Positions 39,220 through 54,069 of a stretch of 64,000 nucleotides of DNA are shown piece by piece. The stretch is from assembly GCA_964016885.1 (NCBI GenBank), contig OZ024742.1, positions 70,680,001 through 70,744,000 of the forward strand, written 5' to 3'. This stretch comes from Eledone cirrhosa. Its lineage: Eukaryota. Position 1 is the stretch's first letter; the number at the start of each line of letters is the position of its first letter. Under the pieces are notes generated by a model. That model was given only the letters and a program-made list of their open reading frames with translations, did no database searches and had not been told where the DNA came from. Position numbers and translations under genes: made by a program.

Positions 39220-39556
39220 GGAGGCACATGGATTAGTGGTTAGAGCATTGGCCTTGCAATCGAAAGATTGTGAGTTCAATTCTCAGACCAGGTGATGTGT
39301 TGTTTCCTTGAGCAAGACACTTTATTTCACATTGCTCCAGTTTACTCAGCTGTAGAAACGAGATGATAGGGACTGGGGTCCCTATCATTCCACTGCAAAG
39401 TGGTCGTGGAGGTGCCACGGCAAAAAAGCACCCAGCACTCACTGTAAATGAGGTTGGTGTTAGGAAGGGCATCCAGCTGTAGAAATCAAGCCAGAATCAG
39501 TTCCCGTCCCACCCTTGCAAGCAGGGAAAAGTGGACGTAAAATGATGATGATGATG

Positions 39557-39557
<1 letters not shown>
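39220..39557 (+). mobile_element. tRNA-derived CORE-type SINE with (ATG)n tail
   Basis: A box TGGATTAGTGG, B box GAGTTCAATTC, CORE-like CCTTGAGCAAGACACTT; near-identical to 42207-42548. Confidence 0.8.
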
Positions 39558-39605
<48 letters not shown>

Positions 39606-40760
39606 TGAGATTCTACAGGACTAGAACTGTTTCATTCTTTAGGAATCTGGCTTTCCAAAAATAAATGTTATGGTATTTATATCTTTTCAGGTGGTAGGAG
39701 AGGGTGGGGAGTGGGAAGGGTGGAGGTCATTGGTTGAAAGAAAAGGGAATTCATTAAAAGCTAATTCTTTAAGGCTTTAATTTATATTTAGAGTGACAAA
39801 GGCAGAAAGAATTCTATAAACAAGTTCAGAATGGGGTGCCACTCCTTATTTTTAAGTTTCTCTTAAGCTAACAATGCCTATATTTCAGGTGCCTATAAGA
39901 TGGTTGGGGGTCAGTCATGGTTGATGGATTTAAAGAAAAGGGAAATTCTTTAAAGCTCTACTTAGAGTGACAAAGGCCAAGAGAATTCTATAAACCAGTT
40001 CAAAATATTGGGTGCCTATCATATCATTATTGTCATATTTCTCTTAACCTATAGTCCAGGTGTCAACAGACACATTCACATACACACACACATATATATA
40101 TATACATACACATATACATACATATATATACACACATACATATATATACACACTCACATATATATATATACACATACACACATATATATATATACATATA
40201 TATACACACACATACATATATAATGTAAAATATAATAAAAAAAGAGGGAGCCTCTTGTGAAGGGGCGTCCAATAGGCTGCCAAATACAGTATATCGTTGT
40301 TTATAATTTAGCATTAAAAAATATATATATTGCCACCAAAAAAAAAACAATTTAAAAAATCGCGGAAGATATTTACGATTCCGCGAATATGCAGTGGTTT
40401 CCACGAACAATTATTAGTTAGGTTCTAAGGAAAATTCCGCGAATAACCGGAACTATGAATGCCAGGGAACACTGTATATACTTCATTTTTGCATTTATTT
40501 TGCAAGATTTCTTATCTGAAAACGTGTGTTAAAACAGATAGCGTTATATTTTAGGACAGTCATGCTGCCAATAAAAACACACACCTGTTAGTTTTCACTT
40601 CTATTTATTATAAACTCCTAGTTGGTTAGTTAAATAACTGGATAATTGTTTAGATAATTGATTGTCAAAGCTCTCTCAGTGACTACCTTTGTTATTTTGT
40701 ATCTCTTCTTTGTTCTGTCACACACCATCTTGCTTTTGTGGCAGCCAGACCCTCCAAAAG

Positions 40761-40813
<53 letters not shown>

Positions 40814-41269
40814 TATCATCATTGTCATTTTAGCATCCACTTTCCTTGCTAGCAAGGGTTGGACGGGTCTTTATAGACCAAGTCCGTACTGAAGCAGAGC
40901 CACTGATCTCTTTATGTACATTCTCACATTCCATCAATTGCTCAGGAGAGGTTGTCATGTCTTTGACACAACTGAGGGTCCTCCCAACACTTTGTCTGGC
41001 AATATTGCTACAGCTGGATGCCCTTCCTATTACCAATCATATTCCAGTGTCTACTGGGTGTGTTTATGGTGTAAATCACCAATACAAATGAGGTCCTGTA
41101 GACCCTCTTTTTTTGTTGCTTGGCAAGCTCTACATAGCTGGAAGCCCTTCCTATCACCAATTACTTCACAGGGGGAAGCTCCCAGAATGTGTGATTGAGT
41201 GAAGGGTTGAAGTAGTGGGTTGAGAATAACTGTTAAGGAGTGATAGTGGAAGAAGGAAAGTAGGTCAGG

Positions 41270-42125
41270 TCACATTGTAAGTTGCAGGTTGAGTCTTCTT
41301 CAGCACTGTGTAGGGCCAGCTCTCAGTCTTTAGTTATTTCTGTTGTAAGGTTTAGCTTTCTAAGGTCAGTCCTTACAACCTCATCCCGTGTCTTCCTCTT
41401 CCACAGGCCCTGGCCACTGGAGTTTCTCTGCATTTATTTATGCAGCTGCCACCTTCCATGAGCATCACATGGCCATATCAACAGTCTTCTCTCTTGCACA
41501 CTACAACCAATTCCTCGCATACAAAGTTTTTCCCATAGTTTGCTTGTGCTATGTCACTCATGCACACTAACATTGCACAGCCATCAGAGCATACTCAACT
41601 CATTTCTTACTAGCATCCACAGGTCTTCTGCAGTCAAGGCTCATGTTTCACTGCCATGTAACATTATGGTTCATACACAGGCATCATACAGTCTACCCTC
41701 CACTCAGAGAGAGAAGTATTTTGTGGTTAGCAGTGGTAATAGATCTCTAAACTTCTTCCAACCTGTTCTTATCCTAGCTATCACACTTTCGGTGCACCCC
41801 CACTCCACTACTAATTTAATACCTAGGTAGCAAAAGCCGTCCACAACTTCTAGAGGGCTCCCCTGACAGCTGAGGGAATCTATCTCACGTGTGTTCTTTG
41901 TGCTTACTTCCCCTGAGCATCTGCCACATATCAAGCACGGCCACTTTACTGATGGTATCTCTTTCCTGTCCTCTCTCCTACTCATTAAGACTTTCGTCTT
42001 CATTAAATTTACTTTTAGACCTTTCAACTCTAGGATATTCTTCCATGCGTGAAATTTTGCTTCTAACTCTCCTATAGACTCGTCTATGAGGATTAAGTCG
42101 TCAGTATAAAGGAGCTCCCATGCTT
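41270..42125 (-). mobile_element. RTE-clade LINE 3' fragment
   Basis: WELLYTDDL, KGLKVNLMKTKVLM, LEVVDGFCYLG and ARIRTGWKKFRDLLPLL; related to 48170-49020. Confidence 0.75.
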
Positions 42126-42206
42126 ATACAATACATACTTACATCAAAATTTATATATATGCTTGTTCATACAAACATATATATATAATAAGATATAATC
42201 ATATAT

Positions 42207-42548
42207 GGAGGCACATGGCTTAGTGGTTAGAGCATTGGCAATCGAAAGGTTGTGAGTTCAATTCTCAGACTGGGTGATGTGTTGTTTCCTTGAGCAAGAC
42301 ACTTTATTTCACATTGCTTCAGTTTATTCAGCTGTAGAAATGAGATGATAGGGACTGGGGTCCATATCATTCCACTGCAAAGTGGTCGTGGAGGTGCCAC
42401 AGCAAAAGAAAAAGCACCCAACACTCACTGTAAATGAGGTTGGTGTTAAGAAGAGCATCCAGCTGTAGAAATCAAGCCAGAATCAGTTCCCGTCCCACCC
42501 TTGCAAGCAGGGAAAAAAGCGGACGTAAAATGAAATGATGATGATGAA
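42207..42548 (+). mobile_element. tRNA-derived CORE-type SINE, second copy
   Basis: Near-identical to 39220-39557. Confidence 0.8.
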
Positions 42549-42869
42549 TCATACTTACAGGACAACGTAGTCCCAATTTGAAATGTTTTAGACAGGCAGT
42601 CCTGAAGTTCAATAAAGATAGTGATTAATGTAAATAAAATGCAATTTTTACGATAATCCTTATTCAAATAAACAACCTAAAGAGACCAACATCTATGTTT
42701 CATTGTCAAAATAAAACGGTTGTATGTCTCTAAGAAACTGCCTGAAACTATAATGTTCAGTGTTAAACAAGAGTTGATAAAAGGAATGTTTTAGTAAATT
42801 TTTAACAATGCCAGGGGAAATAACTCTACAATAACTGATTACTTTCGTCAGATACTCTTGGGTCCCAAA

Positions 42870-45600
42870 TAATAGGTGTGGTTGAAAAATCGTTAATTTT
42901 CCTAGCTTGTCTCAGGCGACTAAATATTCACACCACAGCAGGTCTTTGAGAAATCGTGAGAGTACTGCAAGAGATGTATTCTTGCTTTGTAGACCTCGGA
43001 ATAACATGACCACCATCCACAGGACCTGCTGTAGAAAATGTTTGCAAGAGTAAGGAATTGCTGGACAGTTTGTTGCCTTGATGTCTCTATACTAATGCCC
43101 TAGTATTTGTGTTCAGATAAATAGTACTAAATGGATACCATTCAATGTGGGAGTCAGACTCCACCAAGGGTGCGTACTGTCACCTCTCCTGTTCATAATC
43201 TTCATGAACATGTGCAGCTGGGTTGGAAGTACTATCATGATTAGCAAGTGGAGAATTAGTCAGCTGGAATTTGTAGAATTTACTTAACTCATCAGAAATT
43301 GATCTCTGATATGCACTTGATAAGTTTGATGCCAAGTGTTGCAAGACTAGGACACTCATCCTCCAAAGGAACCATAAGCAGTGCACTTTGCATGTGAGTG
43401 GAGTTCCACTGAAGCAGATGGAGAAGTTCAAGTATATTAGGACCAGGAGGCAGGAAGCTGAATTAAGTGCAAGAATTGAAAGAGCTGGTCCAGTAATGCA
43501 CCAGCTTCAACATTCGGTCATCAGAGGAAGGCAGGTAGGTGAAAAAGCCAAACTTACTATCTTCAATTCAGTATTCGTGCAAACCCTTACCTATGGTCAA
43601 GAATCTTGGGTAATAACTGAAAGAATACAATCGTAAATACAAGCAGTCGAAATAGAGTTCCTCCGACGGATCTTTGGAGTAATGTTACTTGATAGTGTGT
43701 GTAGTTTGGAGATCAGAGAGTCACTCCAGGTATAGCCACTACTTTAAACAAAGATCACAGCTCCAGTATTATGGGCATGTGGTCAGAGTTTCTCAGGAAA
43801 GAATTGTTGGACAAATTTTACGGGCTTGGGGATCCAGAAGGATCAATTGGAGAGTTACTTCTAACAAGACCTGCTAGGAGTGTTTGAGGACTCTGTCCTC
43901 ATGACCATCTCAAGAATAAGTGGGTGAAGAATAATAATAAAAAGAAGGGATTAGCACTAATGATGCCATTGCTTATATACATTTCCAGAGATTCAGGCTA
44001 CATGGCACACACAAATCAGCCAGAGAATACAATCTCTATTTAAGACTTTTAACATCATCCCAAGTAGCCTTTAATTGCTCTTGTGACCTCAGCCTCCAAG
44101 AGATTAGTCATCGCTCCCAGATGTACTTTGTGTACAACAGAAGATGCTGTTGTGACCAGGTTTAGAAGATCAGCCAAGTATTCTCTCCACCTCTTAAGTG
44201 AGAACCCCTGATGCATTCCTGATAGTAAGTGTGGAAGAGGACTTCTGATTACAAAGTCAGCAAATGGACTGCTAGAAAACTTTTACTAATTTGAAGTTGT
44301 ATTCCAGCTTAACCCCAAAGTCCTCCTATGTTTTAACTTTGGGAGCCTCTACCATCTCTGCTGCAATTTTTCGCACCTGCTTGTACCGTAAGTGCAAAAA
44401 AGAGAATTTCTTGCTAAGCCAAGCTTTGCAGGCCTCTTTTCATGAGTCCGAGAAAAGTACCAGATTGGTGACTGGTATGAATTAGACCACCAAGTATGGT
44501 AATAGAAAAACAATCATACTGCATCGTCCTTCGCACAGGTGAACAAGGGACATGTTTGGAAAATATATTGCAGTCTCCATCTAATGCTGCACAAACCAGC
44601 AATGGGCCTGTGACAGGTCGTGTGAAGCATGGGATGGCCACACAAAGATTGCGTATCCCAAGACCCCAAAAGGGTTTGAATGGGAACAAACCGTCATCAT
44701 TAGAACTTGGAACATCACAACCCTTACTGGTAAGGAGTAAAAACTAGTGAAGGCCAGATACTACCGGCTAGGTATAGTCAGGGTTTCCTCAACAAAGTTC
44801 TGTGGCTCTGGTACTGTAGATTTGGATGGAGGTTGGAAACTCTACCCTTCAGAAGTGGCACCAGAAATGACTGCACAGGCAAGAATGGGGATACTCACAA
44901 ACCCCTGACTGTCAAAATCTGTTATAAACTGGATCCCATTGGGACAGATAATTTGTCTCTTGAAGCTTAGGCTGAAAGAAAGGTCTCTATGATAGCACAA
45001 GTTTATGTGCCCAACAGAGAGTCTTAATACAGATCCTTCTCTGATGAAATTAGTGCAGCGTTAGATGTAGTTAGGACTAAGTTATACATCCTACTCGGAG
45101 ACTTCAATGCACTGACCGCCTAACATGGAAAGGATTGACTGGAAGGAACAGCGATCCCAATCTAAATACAAATAGAAAGGCCTTATTAAACTTCTCTATT
45201 ACAAACACTTCTTCCAGCAAAAAGACATTCATAAGTATACATGGTATAAGGGGAATCAGGGACAGAGGTCAATAAAAAAGACTACCTTAAGCCAAGGAAG
45301 CTCACACAAATGACAGTTCTAGGTCACCCTACAGGATAAAGTGGGAAGTGTTGGCGGATAAAGAACTCATGACTAGGAAAGCAGATTCTATTACATTCAA
45401 ATTCAGAGAACTCCCTGAGCAAACTGAGGACGGTGAAACGAAGTAGAGACTGTTTAGCTCATCAGTTTCTGTTTCAACTGTTAAATGCTATGGGCGAAAG
45501 CAGCTTGGTGTGGCATGAGGACCCCTTGGTTCAATCTAGAGGTCAAAGATGCCATCTGAGCAAAAGAGGAGGTTGAAGTAATTGAGAGATCAAACTTACA
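42870..45600. mobile_element. Jumbled decayed LINE fragments (RTE-like)
   Basis: HQGCVLSPLLFII, QMEKFKY and LTYGQESW on + (43130-43930); APE-like remnants on + (44690-45300); an antisense piece around 44000-44500. Confidence 0.6.
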
Positions 45601-46781
45601 AGAGCTCAAAATAACAGTGCAATTGGTCTTTGTAAAGACTGCCAAGCTGATCTTTAACTGATATTTTCCTTACACCAGAAACTAAGGGTTTTAGTCCCCT
45701 ATAAAATTTACTATAGATAGGTTTGATGTACTCAGAATATATAAACTTTTAGTATTGAATACAGCAAATAAAAGATACAATGACACAACAAAGCTATCGT
45801 TATCAAATTGTTACAAAAGATTACAATATATTGAAGAAGATCAGTCTGTGTAAACTATAAGTTATAGTTATTACATTTGAACTGACACAAATTTTCTATG
45901 GTCAAGGTTGCCACTGATCTGCAACTTAGATGACCAGTTGTCTGGCTATATTTCAATCAACACTCAGAACATATTGTACACTTTTTGTCATGCAGGGTTT
46001 GCTTGAGTAGAGGCCTATGTTAATTCTGTTTTGTCACAAAGTCTGTTCATATATAATTCAAGTATCTTGTAATGGCCTTAATTTATTGACATTAGTAATA
46101 CACTGGTTGATAATTTAAGACATAGTGAGGCCATCATCTTTGTTGCTATTTTGATAAAATATGTGTTTGTCTACATCAAATGTGAGAGACAAGACAATGG
46201 TTTTACAATGATGAAATGATATTCTGCAGTGTTTGACTCCAACAGTTTTATAGATTGTTTTTTGTTTGTCATCAGCCAAATTAATTTACTCAGACAAGGT
46301 TTAACATTGATTATATCTCATTGCTATGGTTTCTTCTAAATTTCAATGTTTGTGATTAGATAAAGTTCCATTCTAAGAGAATATTTCACCATAAATATTA
46401 CAGTGATGTGTCAAACTAATCCACTTCTAAATCACAGATTAATATGGCTTGATATCTATCTTCCATTTCCATTAAATTAAGTTGGTGAGAGTTAAATCTC
46501 CTCCTGGATATGAAATTGGTTTGCCATAAGTAAGTTTCCTTAGAGAAGGAAAATTAGATTCAGCACTGCAAGTTAATCAATTATTCATCAAATCAACATT
46601 GCTGTCATAACATACAATGCCATCCAAGTGTATTATTATATCAAGGACAGAATACTGAATACTGACCACTCAACAAGTTGTCAGTTACCCTGTCCACTCA
46701 GCCATCCATACGCTCCTGTGTTATAGTTTCTGATTAATGTCAATGTTTTCAATTTCAAATTTTACTATTTAAGTGTTATGG

Positions 46782-47636
46782 TTACTCATTTAAGTGTACA
46801 CGTCTATGAGAAGTTAAACTACCACTTTGAGTGAAGGTTTTATCACAGAAATCACAGTGAAATGGTTTTTCACCAGTATGAACACGTATGTGATTAGTTA
46901 AACTACAACTATGTGCAAAATCTTTACTACAGATATCACAATGGTATGGTTTTTCACCTGTGTGAATACGCTTATGATCACGCAAACTGCACTTGTGTAA
47001 GAATGCTCTACTACAGATATCACAATGGTAGGGCTTTTCACCAGTATGAATACGTTTATGCTTTTGCATAGTACCTTTGCATGAGAATGTTTTACCACAA
47101 ATATCACAATGGTATGGTTTTTCACCCGTGTGCATACGCTCATGTATAAGCATTCCATCTTTCTGTAAGAATGATTTACCACATATATCACAGTGATATG
47201 GTTTCTCATCAGTGTGTATAAGTCGGTGAAGATTTAACTGGTATGTTATTGAGAATGCTTTACCACAGATGTCACAATGGAGTCGTTTTTCACCTGTGTG
47301 AATACTTTTATGACTAATTAATTGTCCTCTCTCAGAGAATGTTTCACCACAGACATCACACTGGTATGGTTTTTCACCTGTATGAGTACGTTTGTGTATG
47401 GATAAAAAACTTTTAAGTCTGAACTTTTCACCACAAATATCACAACGATAATTCAGTGAACTTGTGTGAAGTAATTTCTGTTCAGTGATCTTATTACGTT
47501 GTCTCAATGTTTTAGCAGAGTCACCAAGCAGACATAATTTTTTCCTTCTGTTTAAATGTCTTTCATTAGGGAGATCAGTATTCTGAGAGTATTTTTCACC
47601 ATCAACCTGACTTCCATACTGTTTCTCTGCCATCAT
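46782..47636 (-). CDS. C2H2 zinc-finger protein, 8 tandem fingers, about 284 aa
   Basis: Eight CxxC-x12-HxxxH units with TGEKPY-type linkers. First ATG at 47636 (the track start at 47651 is TTG). Splice acceptor TTTTTATTTCAG ends at 47865. Confidence 0.9.
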   Translation of the reverse strand: MMAEKQYGSQVDGEKYSQNTDLPNERHLNRRKKLCLLGDSAKTLRQRNKITEQKLLHTSSLNYRCDICGEKFRLKSFLSIHKRTHTGEKPYQCDVCGETFSERGQLISHKSIHTGEKRLHCDICGKAFSITYQLNLHRLIHTDEKPYHCDICGKSFLQKDGMLIHERMHTGEKPYHCDICGKTFSCKGTMQKHKRIHTGEKPYHCDICSRAFLHKCSLRDHKRIHTGEKPYHCDICSKDFAHSCSLTNHIRVHTGEKPFHCDFCDKTFTQSGSLTSHRRVHLNE

Positions 47637-48169
47637 CTCCTCCTTTGTCAATATTTCAAAAACAAGCAGACATCAAAGACTATCAAAATGTAGTTCCAGT
47701 GTAATTTTCTCTAGTTTCAACATCACCATTTGGCCAATATATTTCCAAACTACACAAGAACTGTTAACAATTGTAAATTCAATCAAATATTTTCTAGTTA
47801 TCTAATTAGAGTTATATAAAACAGTGGTGTGCCATAAGTTTCTGTCTCAATGTCAGCAGATAATCTGAAATAAAAAGAGTTTAAAGGATAAGCAACAATG
47901 AAATATCAACATAGAAGTTATTTATGGGAAGATATTGAAAATTAGTTAATTGCCCACAACAATGTTGGTGTTATATCTGGTTTAACCCTTTTGATACCAA
48001 ACCTTCTGAAACCAACATTGGTATTATGATATGACACTGCTAATTTTAAAATGCGTATATTTATATTAAAGCATTCCATCACAATTTTATGTAAGAAACT
48101 TTTAAGTTATACTAAATAGTGTCATACCAAATGATTGGTGCAGCAGCATCAGTGTCAACTACTACAAGG

Positions 48170-49020
48170 GTAAAGGAAATGCACTAGATAGACAAAACTA
48201 TAGAGGCATCAAGTTAATGGACCAAGTCATGAAAGTAAAAGTAAGCTGCTCTACCTGGCATTTGTTGATCTGGAGATAGCTTTTGACAGAGTCCCCCATG
48301 TCATAATCTGGTGGGCTCTTAGAAAACTAGGAGTAGATGAATGGCCATATATCGGGGAGCATTCAGCTAAGTTATGATTAACAACAACTATAGCGAGAAA
48401 TTTAGTGTGCAATTTGGTGTCCACCAGGACTCTGTTCTTACTCCTCTCCTATTTATTATCGTACGGCTATAACAAGACTTTCAGGCCGTCTACCCATGGG
48501 AACTTCTGTACGTGGATAATCTTACACTCATAGCTGAGTCTATGGCAAAATTAGAGAAGAAATTCCAAATCTGGAAGCATGACCTAGAAACAAAGGATTT
48601 TAAAGTCAACCTGACAAAGACTAAGGTCCTAGTAGGTAGAAGGGAAAACAGGGCTCTGATCCCCTCGGCGAAATGGCCTTGCTCAGTGTGTAACAAAGGT
48701 GTAAATAGAAATTCCATCCTCTGCCCCAAATGCAAACTATGGGTACACAAGTGATGTATTGGGATCTCAGGTAGTTTAGCTAAAAATGTAGGCTTTACAT
48801 GTAGCTGTAGCACCGGAGCAGTAAGCAGCAAAAGACCACAGGAAACAGGCGCTATCCAATTGTGGAAAGGTTCGGTAGAAGCAGTAGACAGCTTCTGTTA
48901 CCTGGGTGACCAAATTAGCAGCGGAGGAGAGTATTCCGAGAGTACAGTGGCCAGGGTGAGAACGGGATGGAAGAAATTCAGGGAGCTACTACCACTGCTA
49001 GCTACAAAAGGTTTCGCAGG
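48170..49020 (+). mobile_element. RTE-clade LINE RT fragment
   Basis: AFVDLEIAFDRVP, PWELLYVDNL, KVNLTKTKVL, VDSFCYLGDQIS. Confidence 0.75.
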
Positions 49021-50324
49021 ATTGACAAAGTTCCAGATTGGTGACTGCCGCTATTAAGACCACTGAAACTGCAATATAAGGAAAACAAAAAAATAACCGA
49101 TTCGCATCGTTCTTCGCGCGGGTAACAAGGGACGCGTTCAGGCCTTAGGTAGAGGGGCCTGTTCGAAAAATATATTGCAGTCTCCATTTCATGCTGCAAA
49201 AACTAGCGACAGGCCTGCGACCTGTCCTGGGAGGCGTGGAATGGACGCACAAAAGTTGTGTATCCCGAGACCCCAAAGAGAGTCCGGAAAGGAGCAAACC
49301 TTAACAGTTGGAACCTGGAACATCACAACCCTTACAGGTAAGGAGCAGGAACTAGTGGAGGAGGCTAGATGCTCAGCTACTTTCACGAACAGGTTGTTCT
49401 ATGAGCGGACAACAGGAACACTCGTTGTCGGTACCGACAGAGGTTCAACAAGAATGTATATATGGCGAACCTTTGTTGATGGCAGACAAAATGCAAACGA
49501 TCTTCGTTATTCTTCGTTTCCTGGCGTAGTCGCTAAATAAGTTAAGTGCAAGTTTGTTTGTTCTTTTTTTTTAAATAGGGTTTGTAGTAAAATAAAATAC
49601 GATAAAAATTTAAAAAATATAAAGACACAAACGATAATCAAGCAGACATACACAGAATTATGTGTGTGTGAGAGAGAAAAGGGGAAGAATGACAAATACT
49701 ATACCGGACTGATCGTTTTCAATAATTTCATTTCCTTTTGGTCCCTCGGACAACTGGGGTGTCTTCAATCTATAATGACACGTTATGGATTCGAAACCTT
49801 GACTAATATCAAAAAAGAATCAGAGATATAACTTAGCAACCAATGATAAAACAGATATTTCTCTATATATTCACTAACACAGCTTAACAGTTTTATCAAA
49901 TATATGTTGTCCCAAAAAGAAATAAAGATGTTTTAAAGGGAACAGGCAGTCTTAGAAATAGTGATTGATGTAAATAAAATACAATTTTTACGATAAGCCT
50001 TCGTAAAACCAACATGTATATTCCATTGAGAAAGTTATGCGCTAAACAAGAGAATCTATTTTAATAATTTTTTAACAATGTCAAGGGAAATAACTTCCAA
50101 AACTGATTACTTTCGCCAGATATATGTTGATGTCTACCATAAACAACTTAATATTGAGCATTACGGCGATACGTGTGCACCGCTCACAAACTAGTAAGAT
50201 TGTAGTCCAACTAAAGTGAAATGATCTCTCTTTACATCTTAATTCAAGAAGGAAATTATGATTAGCCTCACAACTTTAGCGGTAACGGATGTAGAACTCT
50301 TTTGGTTATAGAAAAAAAAACTCA

Positions 50325-53300
50325 ATCAATCACGTCCCCGCAACTGTTGCAGCCAGTCGTTGGGGTACCATCCTAGACGCTTTTGTAGTCAGCTGTCGCC
50401 ACTGGTTTGTGTTTTTTGTCATGTGTAGAAGGGTCTCAGTGTTGTGACCTGTCCAGTCTTTGATGTTGTTGAACCAGGATTTTCTTTATCTCCCTCTACT
50501 GTGCCTTGAAGGGCCGTTTTAGACATGGAATTGTGACGGGATGCATGACCATACCAGGCAAGCTTCCGTCTTTTCACCATCGCAAGGGGTGGTCCCTGTC
50601 TGCCAGCATATTTATTAACTTGCTGCCTGACAAAGCTATTTGTTTTGTGCTCCATGTACGAGGTGTGTAGCAGCCTTCCGGGACACTTGTGCTCGAATTC
50701 CTGAATTCTTCATTCCATGTCAGCTGTGAAAGCCTAACTCTCACACCTATACAGAAGGATCGAAGTCACTAAGGAATAGTATAGTTTGAGCTTCGTTGGA
50801 AAACTGATGGAGTTGCTTTTCCATATGACATTCAGCTTCACCAGGCTAAGTCTTGTCATTATGTCCTTTTGAGATCTGCCGTCTTTGGTCAGAGTGGATC
50901 CTAGGTACTTGAAGGTGTTCACTTCTTCAAGTCTTCTTCCCTCCAGCATGATGTTGGTTGCTGTATTCTGATTATGACTATTAACCATAATCTTGCTCGT
51001 TTCTGTGTTGATCTCCATTCCATATACTCCTGATACTTTTTCCAGTCAGGAAGTGAACTCCTGTAGTTCTGCTTCACTGCTTCATAACAGGTCAATGTCA
51101 TCAGCAAAGCACAAGTTGGAAATGGGTCATCCTCCAATGGAAACAGGTGGAGTGTCTCTTGCCTGATATTTTCCAGGAAGATTGTTGAAAAGCACTGGAG
51201 AAGGGAGACATCCTTGTTAAACTCCCACTGTTGTCCTGTTGAATTTTCCAATGCTGTTATTCAGAACAGCACTGTTTGAGTTGTCATACAGTGCTTTAAT
51301 TACTTAAATGAGGTTGGTGTCAAAGTTGTAATCCTTCATCACCTTTCACAAATCCTCATACCAAATATGATCAAAGCTATTTTAAGGTTAATGAAGTTAT
51401 GATAGAGGTGAGATTGGTGCTGCAGATGTTTCTCAGTGAACAGTCTGATGTTAAATATCTGTTCTATATACTTCTTTTGGGCCTGAACCCCACCTTTCCC
51501 TCTTAGCAATACTTTGCTGGGGTGGCTAATTAGGCTGATTGTTCTGTAGTTCTGGCAGAGTCTTAAGTTTCCTTTTTTGGGAGTGAGTATCATCAGTGAC
51601 TGGGCCCTCTTCTTTGTTTCCCATATCTTCTGACTGGTAACTGTCAGTGCCTTGATAAATCTTGGCCCTCTATGTTTTAGGAGCACTGATGGAATGTTAT
51701 CAACTCCAGGGATTTACTATCTTTAAGCATGTGCACTGCCTCTTTGACTTCCCCATGGAGAATTGGAGTATCCTCAATTTCTTTGTTCTTATTGTCCAGG
51801 GTGTTGATATCATGTCTGAGTTTGTGGTTATAAAGGTCTTCACAATATTCAGACCATCTTTTGATGACATTAGTCTCATCTGTGAGGAGGAAGCCAGTTT
51901 TATCCTCAATGACTGGTGGGATCGCTTTCTTTTTAGCATTTTGAGTGTTTCATAAACAGCCTTGCTGTTGCCCTTTTTTATTCCAGCTTCAATGTTTTTG
52001 CACTGGACTGATATCCACTTCTTATTGGATTCCCTCATTTTCTTCTTGACCTTTCTATTAACAGTGTTGTATTGTTGTCTTGCCTCCTGATTTGTTTATT
52101 AGCTTGGTCTTCCTCAAATCAGGTCTTAAATCACATAGGTCCAAGATGTCATCAGTGACCCATGGCTTCCTTTTCCTCTTTCTCCCCAACACTTTTAAAG
52201 CTGTTTCGTGAAGTGCTTCCTTGATGTAGATTAAGGAGTTAATATCTTCTAGAAAGTTAAGAGCTGCAAACCTGCCACCTATGTTCACATTAAATATTGC
52301 TGCAACCCCAGGATATCTTAGTTTGTCTACATCAAACCTGATACATGTGGCTCCTTTTCTTATGGGTCTTTTTCTGTTTAAGCTTTAGTGTCAACAGAAC
52401 CAAATCATGACCACTGTTGACATCTGCACCAGGAAAGGTCCTAGTCCTGGCTTTATTTGAGGTGCAAGGATGAAATCAATTGGGTGAATGCCATGTTGTT
52501 CTCTGTGAGGTCTTGTGTAGGAACAGTGTGTTGTTTAGAGTGAGCTTGTGGGTGCCAATCATTTGTTTCTCCAATCCCAAATCGTCCCACTGTCCCAGCC
52601 CATTGGTCATATGTACCTGGGCCTATTTTGGCATTCCAGTTTCCTTAGATGAACATTTTTTAGAAGCCATCCTGATGATTTTCTTCAGGTCCTCATAGAA
52701 CTCTTCAATAGCATCATCTTCATAATCGAGTGTTGGTGCATAGACTTGGATGATGGTAATGTTCTGTGGTCTTGCAGCCACATACATGGTGATGAGTCTG
52801 CTGGATACTGGTGTAAAGCTGATGACTAAGCTCACTCTGGTTTTGTTAACGATGAAACCCACTCCATGCTTGGTGTAATCACTGCTGTACCACAGTTTGT
52901 GGCCTTCATCTGTAGTTGTCTCACTAAATCAAGTCTGCTTGACTCCAACCATCCCTTAAGATATCCCATGTGCTGTCTGGCAAGTTCATGTATAAGTTCT
53001 TTTGTCCTTCTACAAGTGTATAGAGTGTAGACATTCCATGTCCTAAAGACAGTATTTTCTCTTGAAAGGTTGATGGCTCTCGATGTGGGTGTCACTGTCA
53101 TCTTTCCAGTTGCACATTGATCACCTCCACCATGTGAAATAGTAGTGGAGCGTGCAGTTGTTGATTTTTAGGACCTTGACCAATTTGGATGTTATTTGAC
53201 ATTTCATCTATCATGGCATTTCAGTGGGCCTTAGAATGCTTAGCAGTGCCCATCTCTTCTCCAAGCCCCTCACTAAGTTTAGCCTGCCAGCAGAAGCAGT

Positions 53301-53420
53301 TTCCTAGATGTGGCTGAAAAAATTTTTGAAGCCAATAGTGAGAGTCAGGTAAGAACCAATGTACCCATCCATCCCTAAGGATGTTGCTGCCGGACATCAA
53401 GATATTCTCTCTACATGAAC
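50325..53420 (-). mobile_element. Near full-length decayed RTE-clade LINE
   Basis: APE (TWNVYTL, IIQVYAPT), RT (NYRTISLISHPSKVLL, FADDIDL, FKYLGS) and C-terminus RRKLAWYGH in order, with many frameshifts. Confidence 0.8.
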
Positions 53421-54069
53421 AAATATTCATTGTTATATCAAAGTCTTCTCATTAAAATGTCATAATTAATTTGAGGAAGTAGATAAATAAATGTGAGAGA
53501 CAGATTAATCTAGCAAAGGAAAAGAAGAATAAAGTTGTGCTGTCAATTTCAATAACTGGTCCCTCATAATGTCAATAAGATATTGATTAAAACTAGAATT
53601 CAATGTTTCTAAAGGCTTGCAAAGGTCATTTTCCTGAGACTAAGCTTATATGAAATAGTATCTCATAGGAAGTTTCTTGGGTGTTTTAATGATAGGGGCC
53701 CCAGTCATATCATGTTGTTACAGCTCACACCTGTGCAGGTTTAGCTGGGCTCTTACAAGGTCGCATCTTTTCTTGGATAAGAACCTGTCTTATAATGCTA
53801 TTATCACAGCTAACACTCAAGTATGTTTATCTGGCTGCCTATGAAGTTGCATCTTATATAAAGTGTTTCCTGGTTCTACTATACTATGCTGGTTTTTCTT
53901 AAGTGTTTATATTTATCTAAAAACCCTCCAGCATACTTTTATGTAAGAACTTTTGTTATATTTCATACACCACCTTAACCCTTTAGCATTCACATTACTC
54001 TATATATACTATTGTATTTTCATGGTAAAGGCTTTACCTTTACATCTATTTAAAGCTGTATACAGCTAT

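Noticed and set aside
39606-39648. Third copy of the 30260 hammerhead
   Set aside because: The catalytic CTGATGA is deleted, so it is not counted as a ribozyme.
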